Assembly: GCA_041941765.1 (NCBI GenBank)
Contig: CP145869.1
Coordinates: forward strand, 210,001 to 242,000
Source of the DNA: Candidatus Saccharimonadota bacterium
Lineage (GTDB): Bacteria > Pseudomonadota > Gammaproteobacteria > Enterobacterales > Enterobacteriaceae
Direction of reading: 5' to 3'
DNA: 32,000 nucleotides
Position numbers and translations under genes: made by a program. How positions within the stretch are numbered: position 1 is the stretch's first letter; every line of letters begins with the position of its first letter. The notes beneath the pieces are model-generated. The model saw nothing but the letters and a program-made list of their open reading frames with translations, ran no database searches and had not been told where the DNA came from. Shown here one piece after another: positions 1 through 12,564 of the stretch.

Positions 1-2
1 CT

Positions 3-1892
<1,890 letters not shown>

Positions 1893-1898
1893 ATTATT

Positions 1899-3401
1899 TT
1901 ATTTTTCAGATCGTAAAATGGGAAATAAAATTACATCACGTATATTTGTATTATTAGTAAGTATCATTATTAAACGATCAATACCAATTCCTAATCCTGC
2001 TGTTGGTGGTAAACCATGTTCTAAAGCTATTAAATAATCTTCATCATATTTATGATAGATAGTTTCATCTTTTAATGAATTATGATTTTGTTGTAAAAAA
2101 CGTTTAGTTTGTTCCTCTACATCATTTAATTCTGAAAAACCATTGCCTATTTCATAACCATTAATAAATAATTCAAATCTCTCAGTAATAAAAGGATTAG
2201 TTTCATTACTACGTGCTAATGGTGATACTTCTGTAGGATATTCTGTAATAAAAGTTGGATAAATTAAATGACTCTCAACACGTTTGTCAAAAATTTCATT
2301 TAAAATCCGTCCATGTCCCCAATGATCGTTAATAGTTAGACCTAATAATTTAGCATAATAAAGAGTTTGATCATAATTTTCTAAATCCTGAATATTAATA
2401 CTAATTTCAGATATATATTTACAAATAGCTTCTTTCATAGTCATTTTTATAAATGGTTGTTTAAAATCAAAAGTATATTTTCCATATTTTATATATGGAG
2501 ATCCAAAAAGCTCTACAATTAAAGTATTTAATAGTTTTTCAGTAAAAACCATTAAATCTTTATAATCAGCATATGCTATATATAATTCCATCATAGTAAA
2601 CTCAGGATTATGTTGTGGTGATAATCCTTCATTTCTAAAATTCCGATTAATTTCAAAGATCTTCTCAAAACCACCTACTACTAAACGTTTAAGATAAAGT
2701 TCAGGAGCTATACGTAAATATAAATTTAAATTTAATGCATTGTGATGTGTAATAAAAGGTTTTGCATTTCCTCCTCCTGGAATAGGTTGTATCATCGGAG
2801 TTTCGACTTCTAAAAAATTTTGCTGTATCATGAATTGACGAATTTTGGATATAATTTTAGAACGTAATATAAAAGTATTACGTGAATGATTATTGACAAT
2901 TAAATCTAGATATCTTTGACGATAACATATTTCTTTATCTACAAGTTTATGAAATTTTTCTGGTAAAGGACGAAGTGCTTTAGTTAATAAATATAGTTCA
3001 ATACAATATAAAGTAAGTTCATTAGTTTTAGTTTTAAATAATTTACCATGTACCCCGATAATATCGCCTAAATCTAATTTTTTATAATTACACGGTTTTA
3101 TATTATTTGCATATAATTGAATTTTACCTCCCATATCTTGTAAAGTAATAAAAACTGCTTTTCCCATAATCCGACGGGATAATATCCGACCTGCAACACT
3201 AATAATTTTAGTTAATTGTTCTAATTCATCATTATTTTTATCATCAAATTCTACATGTAATTGATGAGAAAGATAATTTCTTTTAAAATTATTTGGATAT
3301 GCGAGACCCTTTTGACGTAATTCATTTAATTTTTTTTTTCTCATATTACGTTCAGTTGTAATATTAGTATCGAATAAATTAGTAAAATTTGATTTAGACA
3401 T
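1899..3401 (-). CDS. lysS: Lysine--tRNA ligase (class II)
   Basis: The 500 aa product is collinear with E. coli LysS. Shared motifs include [54 protein letters not shown] and [14 protein letters not shown]. An ATG start at 3401 is preceded by a GAGGA Shine-Dalgarno. It lies directly downstream of prfB, as in the enterobacterial prfB-lysS operon. Confidence 0.97.
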   Translation of the reverse strand: MSKSNFTNLFDTNITTERNMRKKKLNELRQKGLAYPNNFKRNYLSHQLHVEFDDKNNDELEQLTKIISVAGRILSRRIMGKAVFITLQDMGGKIQLYANNIKPCNYKKLDLGDIIGVHGKLFKTKTNELTLYCIELYLLTKALRPLPEKFHKLVDKEICYRQRYLDLIVNNHSRNTFILRSKIISKIRQFMIQQNFLEVETPMIQPIPGGGNAKPFITHHNALNLNLYLRIAPELYLKRLVVGGFEKIFEINRNFRNEGLSPQHNPEFTMMELYIAYADYKDLMVFTEKLLNTLIVELFGSPYIKYGKYTFDFKQPFIKMTMKEAICKYISEISINIQDLENYDQTLYYAKLLGLTINDHWGHGRILNEIFDKRVESHLIYPTFITEYPTEVSPLARSNETNPFITERFELFINGYEIGNGFSELNDVEEQTKRFLQQNHNSLKDETIYHKYDEDYLIALEHGLPPTAGLGIGIDRLIMILTNNTNIRDVILFPILRSEK

Positions 3402-3415
3402 TTTTCATCCTCATT

Positions 3416-4510
3416 TTAAAATTCTGCATTTAAACTTGCTTTAATAAATATATCTAATCCACCATTTAAAATATATTGTATATCATGACTTTCTATTCCA
3501 GTACGTAAATCTTTAATACGTGAATGATCCAATATATAAGAACGTATTTGTCTTCCCCATCCAATATCAGATTTATTTTCTTCAATAAATTGTTTTTCAA
3601 CCCTTTTTTTTTTAAGTTCTAATTCATATAATTTTGCTTTCATTTGTTTTAATGCTTGATCTTTATTTCTATGTTGTGAACGTCCATTTTGACATTGAGT
3701 AACAATACCAGTAGGTAAATGAGTAATACGTACTGCAGATTCAGTACGATTAACATGTTGTCCACCTGCTCCTGATGCACGATAAACATCAATTCTTAAA
3801 TCATTAATATTAATTTTAATTTCAATATTATCTTGTACTTCTGGATATACGAAAACTGAACTAAACGAAGTATGTCTTTTACCTGTGGAATCAAACGGAC
3901 TTTTACGTACTAGACGATGAATTCCCGTTTCAGTTCGTAGCCAACCAAATGCATATTTACCTAGAACTCGTAAAGTAGATGATTTAATTCCAGCAATATC
4001 TCCAGCTATTTCAGAAATTATTTCAGTTTTAAATCCTTTCTTTTCAGCCCATCTCAAATACATACGCATTAATATATTAGCCCAATCTTGAGCTTCTATT
4101 CCACCTGAACCTGATTGAATATCAATATAACAATTAGCATAATCATTTGGTTTACAAAACATACTATTAAATTCTAATTTTACTATTTTTTTTTCAATTA
4201 GATTCATCTCCTGAAGCACTTCTTTTAAAAGATCATAATCTTTCTCTTCTAAAATATTCAATAATTTAGATAAATTGATTAATTCAATATATAATGCATC
4301 AAAAGTTGATATTTTATTTTCTATAATTGCTAGTTCTTTAGTTAAAGATTGTGCATAATTAATATTTTTCCAGGTCGAAGGAATTTCTAATACTTGATTA
4401 ATATTTTTTAATTTAATTTGATAATCATCATATTTTATATTTTTCTTGAGTATATTAGCTCGAGTAATTAGATGTTGAATTCTATTATTAAAAGAATGAA
4501 GATCTAACAT
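3416..4510 (-). CDS. prfB: Peptide chain release factor 2, encoded as one uninterrupted ORF with no programmed frameshift
   Basis: The 364 aa product has the SPF tripeptide ([15 protein letters not shown]) and the GGQ motif ([22 protein letters not shown]). It is collinear with E. coli RF2 from NNRIQ at residue 8 onward. Confidence 0.97.
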   Translation of the reverse strand: MLDLHSFNNRIQHLITRANILKKNIKYDDYQIKLKNINQVLEIPSTWKNINYAQSLTKELAIIENKISTFDALYIELINLSKLLNILEEKDYDLLKEVLQEMNLIEKKIVKLEFNSMFCKPNDYANCYIDIQSGSGGIEAQDWANILMRMYLRWAEKKGFKTEIISEIAGDIAGIKSSTLRVLGKYAFGWLRTETGIHRLVRKSPFDSTGKRHTSFSSVFVYPEVQDNIEIKININDLRIDVYRASGAGGQHVNRTESAVRITHLPTGIVTQCQNGRSQHRNKDQALKQMKAKLYELELKKKRVEKQFIEENKSDIGWGRQIRSYILDHSRIKDLRTGIESHDIQYILNGGLDIFIKASLNAEF

Positions 4511-4647
4511 AAAAATTATTATTTAATAAAAAGGAAAGAAATAACTTTAAAAGTTTTTTCTTAAAAAATAAGATTTAATTATCATAACATGATGAGAATT
4601 AAATTGTTTATTAATATTTTTTATCAAATAAAAGGATAAATTTACTT

Positions 4648-5628
4648 ATGAATGAATTAGTATTCCCTTATCTAGCTCCCGTAGAATCCAAATCATTACC
4701 TTTAACATTAATTTCATTAGAAGAGTGGTGTATGATCTCTATGACTGGAGTTGATACTTTTAATTATATTCAAAAACAAATAACCTTTGATATAACTACA
4801 TTACAATTAAATCAATATTGTCAAACTGCTCATTGTAATGCTGAAGGAAAAATGTGGAGTAATTTACTTTTATTCCATTATAATGGAGGTTTAGCTTGGA
4901 TAATACGAAGATCTGTACAAAACCTACAAATGGAAGCATTAAAAAAATATGCAATTTTTTCCAAAGTAATGATTTCTGCTACTAATGATATTTTAATGGG
5001 TATAGCTGGATTTCAAGCACGTGCAATTTTATCACAAGTTTTTGCAAGACTTCCTTCTAGAAAATCTCCTCTTATATATAATAAAAATATGGTTTTATTA
5101 TGGTTAAATAATCCTTCAGAACGTTTTATTATTATAAGTAATATAATGATTATAAAACAATTACAAGAACAATTATCTAATTATTGCCAACTTAATAATA
5201 GTCGACAATGGATGTCATTAGATATAGAAGCTGGTAATCCCATTATTGATAATAAAAATTGTTGCAAATTTATTCCCCAAGCTGCTAACTTAGATTTGAT
5301 TGGAGCTATTAATTTTCAAAAAGGATGTTATTTAGGACAAGAAATAATAGCACGTGCTACATTTCGTGGAATAAATAAATATGCTCTGTATTGGTTAAGT
5401 GGAAAATTAAATAACTTTCCTAAAAGTACACGTATAAATTTTATCAACTTAAATAATAGTAAACCTTCTATATATTATTCAGCTAATATACTAGCTATTT
5501 GTAAAATGGCCAATAATGAAATTTGGATTCAAGCTATTCTAAAAAAAGATCTTCCATATAATACTATATTTCGTATGGATGGTGATGATGAAAGTTATTT
5601 TTATATTCGTCCCATATCTTATTTATGA
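4648..5628 (+). CDS. ygfZ: Folate-binding tRNA-modification / Fe-S cluster repair protein YgfZ
   Basis: The 326 aa product shares LPLTLISLEEW, AHCNAEGKMWSNL, LKKYAIFSKV, IPQAANLD and the signature KGCYLGQEIIARATFRG with E. coli YgfZ as recalled. Confidence 0.9.
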   Translation: MNELVFPYLAPVESKSLPLTLISLEEWCMISMTGVDTFNYIQKQITFDITTLQLNQYCQTAHCNAEGKMWSNLLLFHYNGGLAWIIRRSVQNLQMEALKKYAIFSKVMISATNDILMGIAGFQARAILSQVFARLPSRKSPLIYNKNMVLLWLNNPSERFIIISNIMIIKQLQEQLSNYCQLNNSRQWMSLDIEAGNPIIDNKNCCKFIPQAANLDLIGAINFQKGCYLGQEIIARATFRGINKYALYWLSGKLNNFPKSTRINFINLNNSKPSIYYSANILAICKMANNEIWIQAILKKDLPYNTIFRMDGDDESYFYIRPISYL

Positions 5629-5666
5629 AATGAATCAATAATAATTAGTTAAATTTTTGATAAATT

Positions 5667-6353
5667 TTATCTAAAATGAGAGAGTGGTTTTGTTAAAAAT
5701 TTAATACCACCCGAATTTGTTGCAATTAAAGCAGTATCTGCAGTACGAATAGTAAATAACCCTACAGTTATTACTCCTACAATCAGACTCAATTTTTTTT
5801 CGATTTCAATTGGTTCAATTAAAGATGCATTATATATATCAATAATTACATTACCATTTTCCGTTATTACACCACTTCTATATTTTGGTAATGCACCTAA
5901 TAATTTTACTATTTGACGAGCAACGTATGCTCGTGCCATAGGTATAACTTCTAATGGTATAGGAGCTGTTTTTCCTAATAAGTTTACATATTTTGATTCA
6001 TCAGCAATACAAAGAAAATGTTTCGAGATCGCCGCAATAATTTTTTCTTTAGTGAGAGCACCTCCTTTTCCTTTAATCATTTGTAATCTATCATTAATTT
6101 CATCTGCACTATCTATATATAAAGAAAGTGAATCTATATGGTTAGAATTAATAAGTGGAATACCACATTGTTTTAATTTGAAAGAAGTATCTTGCGAACT
6201 AGATACTGCTCCTTTTATTTTATATTTAATTGTTTCAAGTGCCTTAATAAAATAATTTATAGTACTTCCAGATCCTATTCCAATGATTGCATCCTGCTGT
6301 ATATATTTTAGAGCTGCTATTGCTACATTTTTTTTTAAATCCTCATTATTCAT
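5667..6353 (-). CDS. rpiA: Ribose-5-phosphate isomerase A
   Basis: The 228 aa product carries GIGSGST, YIDSADEI, MIKGKGGALTKEKI, EVIPMAR and VITENGNVIIDI, collinear with E. coli RpiA. Confidence 0.95.
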   Translation of the reverse strand: MNNEDLKKNVAIAALKYIQQDAIIGIGSGSTINYFIKALETIKYKIKGAVSSSQDTSFKLKQCGIPLINSNHIDSLSLYIDSADEINDRLQMIKGKGGALTKEKIIAAISKHFLCIADESKYVNLLGKTAPIPLEVIPMARAYVARQIVKLLGALPKYRSGVITENGNVIIDIYNASLIEPIEIEKKLSLIVGVITVGLFTIRTADTALIATNSGGIKFLTKPLSHFR

Positions 6354-6366
6354 TGAAATCTCCCCT

Positions 6367-7170
6367 TTATTTATAATAATTTTTAAGAGCTTCTTGAAAA
6401 TGCTCTAGTAAATCCCAATACACATTTTGTAAATCATGACCTTTACTCCACCATCGAATAATTAAATTTAAAGAAGATACTCCAATTTCATGTAATTTTA
6501 TAGTTATTTCACGTTCTTTTATAATTCGTTCATCAGCATACATTATTTTATATAGGATTTGTTTTAAACAATTAATATTAGTATGAAGAGGTACTTTAAG
6601 TATAATTTCATTACGACGTATAGGTTCACGAGAATAATTAATAATATTACCAGCAATTACTTTACCATTAGGAACAACTATTGTTTTTCCATCAGCCGAA
6701 AGTAGTGTAGTTGAAAAAATCTGTATTTGTTGTACAATGCCATTGATACCACCTAAATCCACAAATTCACCTACACGTAATGGTCGAAATATTACTAGTA
6801 ATACTCCCGCGGCCAAATTGGAAAGAGATCCTTGTAATGCTAAACCTATAGCTAAACCTGCAGCCCCTAAAACAGCAATAATAGATGCAGTTTGTACACC
6901 AACCCGATTGAGTGCAGCAGTAACTGCAAAAGTTATAATACTATATCGTAAAAGCATAGATAAAAAATCTGATACAGTAATATCTAAATGTCTAGCTAAG
7001 AAAATTTTGTTGATATTTTTTGCTAAATAATTTGCAACACTCATACCAATAAAGATAATAAATATTGCAGATATTACATTTATTATATAAGTAAATAATA
7101 ATGAATGATTCTGTATTATCCAAAAAGCTGAATATTTTATAATATTTATTATATGATTTGAAATGTCCAT
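6367..7170 (-). CDS. mscS: Small-conductance mechanosensitive channel MscS (YggB)
   Basis: The 267 aa product has three N-terminal hydrophobic helices. The pore-helix region reads GVQTASIIAVLGAAGLAIGLALQGSLSNLAAGVLLVIFRP, followed by VGEFVDLGG. Its position next to fbaA-pgk matches E. coli. Confidence 0.9.
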   Translation of the reverse strand: MDISNHIINIIKYSAFWIIQNHSLLFTYIINVISAIFIIFIGMSVANYLAKNINKIFLARHLDITVSDFLSMLLRYSIITFAVTAALNRVGVQTASIIAVLGAAGLAIGLALQGSLSNLAAGVLLVIFRPLRVGEFVDLGGINGIVQQIQIFSTTLLSADGKTIVVPNGKVIAGNIINYSREPIRRNEIILKVPLHTNINCLKQILYKIMYADERIIKEREITIKLHEIGVSSLNLIIRWWSKGHDLQNVYWDLLEHFQEALKNYYK

Positions 7171-7185
7171 AGATTGTTATTTTAA

Positions 7186-8274
7186 TTAAAATAAATTAAC
7201 CGCATTTAGTTGTATAAAAGTTTCTTCTAAACGTTGACACATACTTAACTGACCTGCACGTAACCAATTTCTTGGATCATAAAACTTTTTATTAGGTTTA
7301 TAAAAACCTTCCGGATTTCCTAACGGACTATGTAAATATGCAATATTATCTTGGTAATATTTTAAAATTCCATTCCAAGTAGCCCATTGTAAATCTGTAT
7401 CAATATTCATTTTAACTACACCATAATTTATCGATTCTTTAATCTCTTCCAAAGTCGAACCAGATCCTCCATGAAACACTAAATCTAATGGATTAGAAGA
7501 TAAATTATGTTTTTTACTTACAAAGTCTTGAGAATTTTTTAAGATTATTGGCTTTAAGTTTATATTTCCTGGTTGATAAACTCCATGTACATTACCAAAA
7601 GCAGCTGCTATAGTAAATTGTGAACTAATAGAACTAAGTTTTTCGTATAAATAATTTACATCTTCTGGTTGAGTATATAATAAATCATTGTCTAAATGCA
7701 TATTATTTATTCCATCTTCTTCACCACCAGTACAACCTAATTCTACTTCAATAGTCATACCTATTTGAGACATAATAGATAAATAATAACAACTCATTGA
7801 AATATTTTCTTTCATAGATTCTTGAGAAAGATCAAGCATATGAGAAGAAAATAGAGGTTTACCAGTAGCTAAAAAATATTGTTTTCCTACTTTTAATAAA
7901 CCGTCTAACCATGGTAAAAGATTTTTTGAGCAGTGATCTGTATGTAATATCACTGGAACTCCATAATGTTTAGCCATTAGATGTACATGTTTTGCACCAG
8001 ATATTGAACCTAAAATAGCTGCTTTATGTGGTTTATTATTATGAGATTGGTTAAATCCTTTACCTGCAATAAAAGAAGCACCACTATAAGAAAATTGAAT
8101 TATTACTGGAGATTTAACTTTTGCAGCAGTTTCAAGAACCGCATTAATAGAATCTATTCCAATGCAATTAACAGCTGGTAAAGCAAATTTGTTTTGTTTT
8201 GCTAACTTAAAAATTACTTGTATATCATTACCTGTTATGACTCCAGGTTTTACTACATCAAAAATTTTAGACAT
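7186..8274 (-). CDS. fbaA: Fructose-bisphosphate aldolase, class II
   Basis: The 362 aa product begins MSKIFDVVKPGVITG. It contains ALPAVNC, VPVILHTDHC, LFSSHMLDLS, EVELGCTGGEEDG, FGNVHGVY and FHGGSGS, near-identical in layout to E. coli FbaA. Confidence 0.97.
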   Translation of the reverse strand: MSKIFDVVKPGVITGNDIQVIFKLAKQNKFALPAVNCIGIDSINAVLETAAKVKSPVIIQFSYSGASFIAGKGFNQSHNNKPHKAAILGSISGAKHVHLMAKHYGVPVILHTDHCSKNLLPWLDGLLKVGKQYFLATGKPLFSSHMLDLSQESMKENISMSCYYLSIMSQIGMTIEVELGCTGGEEDGINNMHLDNDLLYTQPEDVNYLYEKLSSISSQFTIAAAFGNVHGVYQPGNINLKPIILKNSQDFVSKKHNLSSNPLDLVFHGGSGSTLEEIKESINYGVVKMNIDTDLQWATWNGILKYYQDNIAYLHSPLGNPEGFYKPNKKFYDPRNWLRAGQLSMCQRLEETFIQLNAVNLF

Positions 8275-8294
8275 ATTTTAATAAAAAATTCCTG

Positions 8295-9482
8295 TTATAA
8301 ATTATAATAAGTAACTTTAATATGATGTTGTGCACGTTCTTTTAGTATGGTTAACGAAGGTAATTCTTTACCTTCCACAAAAGCTAAAAAAGCGGCTCCA
8401 CCAGTAGATAAATATGACATTTGGTTTTTTAACCCAAAACACTCTATAGCAGCAATAGTATCACCTCCTCCAACAATAGAAAAGATATTACTATTTGCAA
8501 TGGCCTGTGCAATAGTTTCAGTTCCTTTTCTAAAATTAGGAAATTCAAAAACGCCAACTGGTCCATTCCAAAGAACTGTTTTAGCTTCTTTAAGTAAAGA
8601 AGTCATAAATTGAGCAGTATTATCACCAAAATCCAAAATTTCTTCATCATCTTCTATATCTGATACACTCTTTACAATAGCTTCAGCAGATTCAGTAAAT
8701 TCTTTAGCTACACGAACATCTATAGGTGTATAAATATTATTATAAGTATCTCGAAGTATTTTGGCTACTTCGATAAAATCAGGTTCATATAAAGATTGAC
8801 CAATTTTATTATCAATTGCCATAAATGTATTAGCTATACCACCACCAACAATGACTTTATCGGCCACTTTGGCCAGATAATGTAATATGTCAAATTTTGT
8901 TGATACTTTAGAACCTCCTAATATTGCAATCATAGGTCTTTGGGGATTTTGGATTACTTTACTTAAAGCTTTTAACTCTGCAACTAAAAGTGGTCCGGCA
9001 CAAGCAATAGGAGCAAATTGACTTACTCCATAAGTTGAAGCATGAGTGCGATGACATGTAGCAAATGCATCCATTACAAAAATATCACATAAGGCGGCAT
9101 ATTTTTTAGCTAATGTTTCGTCGTTTTTTTTTTCTCCTTTATTAAATCTAACATTTTCTAATATAACTACTTCATTTTTTGTGAAATTTACACCATCAAG
9201 ATAATTAGTTTCAAAACGAATAGAAGAAATGTATTTTTTTAACATTTTTGCTACAGGTAAAAGAGAAAACTCTTCATTATATTCACCTTCCCTAGGTCTT
9301 CCTAAATGAGAAAGAATCATAATAAATGCACCTTTTTTTTTGGCAAAATCAATTGTAGGTAAAATAGCACGAAGGCGTGCATCAGATGTTATAATTCCAT
9401 TTTTTATGGGAACATTTAAATCTGCTCTAATAAGAATTTTTTTATCTGTTAGGTCTAAATCAGTCATCTTAATTATTGACAT
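8295..9482 (-). CDS. pgk: Phosphoglycerate kinase
   Basis: The 395 aa product begins [11 protein letters not shown]. It contains [50 protein letters not shown] and [17 protein letters not shown], collinear with E. coli Pgk. Confidence 0.97.
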   Translation of the reverse strand: MSIIKMTDLDLTDKKILIRADLNVPIKNGIITSDARLRAILPTIDFAKKKGAFIMILSHLGRPREGEYNEEFSLLPVAKMLKKYISSIRFETNYLDGVNFTKNEVVILENVRFNKGEKKNDETLAKKYAALCDIFVMDAFATCHRTHASTYGVSQFAPIACAGPLLVAELKALSKVIQNPQRPMIAILGGSKVSTKFDILHYLAKVADKVIVGGGIANTFMAIDNKIGQSLYEPDFIEVAKILRDTYNNIYTPIDVRVAKEFTESAEAIVKSVSDIEDDEEILDFGDNTAQFMTSLLKEAKTVLWNGPVGVFEFPNFRKGTETIAQAIANSNIFSIVGGGDTIAAIECFGLKNQMSYLSTGGAAFLAFVEGKELPSLTILKERAQHHIKVTYYNL

Positions 9483-9729
9483 AATGTATCCTTTAATACA
9501 TTTGATGTTTTTTATAAAAAATTATTCATTAAAAAAAATTTATTAGTCAAAACTTATTTTGGATAATATTAATAAATTTCTTATAGTGGAATTAAAGAGT
9601 ATCTTTTATAAGAAGAGTAATAGTTATATTAAAAACACCATGAATAAATAATAAGACTAATTATTATAAAATAAATAATATCATTCTAAATTAAAAAAAA
9701 ACTTCTTACTAGAAATACTATTTTTTTTA

Positions 9730-11742
9730 TTATAAAGAAATTAAGATTTTTTTGACTTGAATGATAATATTTTCCACATTAAAACCAAAGTGATTAAAAA
9801 GTTGTTTAGCTGGACCAGATGCACCAAAAGTATGCATACCTATAATAGTTCCATTATTACCAATATATTTATACCAAAAGTCTGCAATACCAGCTTCAAT
9901 AGCAATACGTGCCTTGACTTTAGTAGGTAATACGCTTTCACGATATGCATAATCCTGCTGATCAAATACATCTGTAGAAGGCATTGAAACGACACGTACT
10001 AAATATCCTTCAGAACTTAATTGTTCATAAGCCATAGTAGCTAATTCTACTTCGGAACCCGTAGCAATCAGAATAACTTGTGGTTCTTGAATAGAAGTTT
10101 TTAAGATATATGCTCCACGTGTAATATTATTTAATTGATCGTTAGACCGAGATTGTTGTTTCAATATTTGACGAGATAAGATTAATGCTGTAGGACCATT
10201 ACGCTCAATAGCATATTTCCATGCTATAGTAGTTTCTACTGCATCACAAGGGCGCCAAATACTAAGATTTGGTGTCAAACGTAAACTAGCTAATTGTTCT
10301 ACTGGTTGATGAGTTGGTCCATCTTCACCTACTCCAATGGAGTCATGAGTATAAATAAAAATATGATGAATTTTCATTAATGCTGCCATTCGTATGGCAT
10401 TACGAGCATATTCTGAAAAAATTAAAAATGTAGCTGTATAAGGTAAAAAATTTCCATATAAAGCTATTCCATTAGCTATAGCAGTCATACCAAATTCTCG
10501 TACTCCATAATGAATATAATTTCCTTCATAATTATTGTAAATACATTTTGAACCTGACCATTTAGTCAGATTACTAGGTGTTAAATCTGCTGATCCTCCA
10601 AATAATTCAGGTAATGTATTACCAAAACATTCTAAAGCATTTTGTGATGCTTTACGAGTTGCTATATTTGATGGATGTTGTTGTAGAATTTTGATAAAAT
10701 AATTTATTTGTATTTTAAAATCGGGAGGAATAATTTTAGATTGTCTACGTATTAATTCATTTGCTAATTTAGGAAATGCTCTTTTATATTCTATAAATTT
10801 TTTATTCCAATCAGATTCTTTTTGCTGTCCTAATTCTCTCGCATCCCATTGCCTATAAATTTCGTTAGGAATAACAAATGGTAAATAATTCCATCCTAAT
10901 GTTTTACGAGTAGCTTGAATTTCATCTTTTCCTAATGGAGTACCATGAATTTCAGATTTACCGGATTTATTTGGAGAACCACAACCAATAATAGTTTTAC
11001 AGATTAGAAGAGATGGTTTTAAAAGATTGGTTTTAGCTTCTTGTATAGCACTAGTAATAGATTCCGGATTATGACCATCTATATCTTTGATAACATGCCA
11101 TCCATAAGATTCAAAACGTTTTGCTGTATCATCAGTTAACCATTTATCTGTATTTCCATCAATAGATATACCATTTTTATCATAGAATGTAATTAATTTT
11201 CCTAATTTTAAAGTTCCTGCCAGTGAACATACTTCGTGTGAGATCCCTTCCATTATACAACCATCTCCTATAAAAACATAAGTATAATGATCAATTATAA
11301 GATGTTCTAAACGATTAAATTGTGCTGATAAAGTACGTTCTGCTATAGCCATTCCCACTGCATTAGCTAATCCTTGACCTAGAGGACCCGTAGTAGTTTC
11401 TACACCATAAGTGTGACCAAATTCAGGATGACCTGGAGTGGTTGAATTCAATTGTCTAAATTTTTTGATTTCATTTATAGATAAATCATATCCAGTAAGA
11501 TGTAAAAGGCTATAAAGTAATAATGATCCATGACCATTAGATAATACAAAACGATCTCGATTAATCCATCCTGGATTTTTAGGATTATGATTGAGATGAT
11601 CACGCCATAAAACTTCAGCAATATCTGCCATTCCCATTGGCATTCCTGGATGACCAGATTGTGCTTGTTCAATAGCATCTATACTAAGTATACGAATAGC
11701 ATTCGCTAAATCTTTACGCAAAAAAATTTTCGATTTATTCAT
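9730..11742 (-). CDS. tktA: Transketolase
   Basis: The 670 aa product contains [30 protein letters not shown], the ThDP-binding [12 protein letters not shown], and [24 protein letters not shown]. It is collinear with E. coli TktA. Confidence 0.95.
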   Translation of the reverse strand: MNKSKIFLRKDLANAIRILSIDAIEQAQSGHPGMPMGMADIAEVLWRDHLNHNPKNPGWINRDRFVLSNGHGSLLLYSLLHLTGYDLSINEIKKFRQLNSTTPGHPEFGHTYGVETTTGPLGQGLANAVGMAIAERTLSAQFNRLEHLIIDHYTYVFIGDGCIMEGISHEVCSLAGTLKLGKLITFYDKNGISIDGNTDKWLTDDTAKRFESYGWHVIKDIDGHNPESITSAIQEAKTNLLKPSLLICKTIIGCGSPNKSGKSEIHGTPLGKDEIQATRKTLGWNYLPFVIPNEIYRQWDARELGQQKESDWNKKFIEYKRAFPKLANELIRRQSKIIPPDFKIQINYFIKILQQHPSNIATRKASQNALECFGNTLPELFGGSADLTPSNLTKWSGSKCIYNNYEGNYIHYGVREFGMTAIANGIALYGNFLPYTATFLIFSEYARNAIRMAALMKIHHIFIYTHDSIGVGEDGPTHQPVEQLASLRLTPNLSIWRPCDAVETTIAWKYAIERNGPTALILSRQILKQQSRSNDQLNNITRGAYILKTSIQEPQVILIATGSEVELATMAYEQLSSEGYLVRVVSMPSTDVFDQQDYAYRESVLPTKVKARIAIEAGIADFWYKYIGNNGTIIGMHTFGASGPAKQLFNHFGFNVENIIIQVKKILISL

Positions 11743-11853
11743 AAATTTTTCATAAATAGGCTTAATAAGCCTAAATTATATACTAAGTATATAGTCTTAG
11801 CATTAGATTTAATTTATACTTAATTTTATATCTTCATTATTTATTGACTGTTT

Positions 11854-12564
11854 ATGAATAATTTTTTTCTTTTAAATCAAAAAAAAATATATAACGTTTA
11901 TATAAATCGTCATAGAAAATTAACTCAAAATCAAGAAAAAATTTTAAATTCTTACGGATCATTAATTACAATTCCTTATCAAGAACAAGTAATAAATTTT
12001 CATCATTTTTTTAAAAATCAAAAACCTCTAGTTTTAGAGATAGGTTTTGGAATGGGACATTCATTAATTTCACAAGCTATTAATCATCCATATATCAATT
12101 TTATTGGTATCGAGGTTTATTTGCCAGGAATAGCATCTTGTTCCAATTTAGCTATAACCTTAAAAGTAAATAATTTACGTATAATTTATTATAATGCTAT
12201 ACAAGTAATGAATCTTATGATTCCGGATGAGTCTTTATACAAAATACAAATTTTTTTTCCTGATCCATGGCCAAAAACAAGACATCATAAACGTCGTCTA
12301 GTGAATATAGATTTTGCTCAATTAATTTTTAGAAAGTTAAAGTTTTTAGGATATCTTCATATAGCTACGGACTCATGTTCATATGCTAAACACATTATTT
12401 CAATAATGAAAAGTCTTCACACTTCTTTCAACCCGATATTTTATGATCCTAATATTTCTTCCATTTTAAGACGTCCATCTACAAAATTTGAACAAAAAGC
12501 AAAAAAATTGGGTTATATAATTCACGATCTAATTTATCAAAAATTAAATCTTAATTTAATTTAA
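11854..12564 (+). CDS. trmB: tRNA (guanine46-N7)-methyltransferase
   Basis: The 236 aa product contains LEIGFGMG, FIGIEV, IFFPDPWPKTRHHKRR and PSTKFEQKA, matching E. coli TrmB (YggH). Confidence 0.9.
   Translation: MNNFFLLNQKKIYNVYINRHRKLTQNQEKILNSYGSLITIPYQEQVINFHHFFKNQKPLVLEIGFGMGHSLISQAINHPYINFIGIEVYLPGIASCSNLAITLKVNNLRIIYYNAIQVMNLMIPDESLYKIQIFFPDPWPKTRHHKRRLVNIDFAQLIFRKLKFLGYLHIATDSCSYAKHIISIMKSLHTSFNPIFYDPNISSILRRPSTKFEQKAKKLGYIIHDLIYQKLNLNLI

Noticed and set aside
11758-11793. Two small perfect dyads lie in the tktA/trmB divergent spacer. They are aggctt-aat-aagcct (11758-11772) and tatatact-a-agtatata (11777-11793).
   Set aside because: Arms of 6-8 bp made mostly of A/T are expected several times by chance in this much AT-rich spacer, by my rough estimate. 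I have no supporting context such as a known operator consensus.
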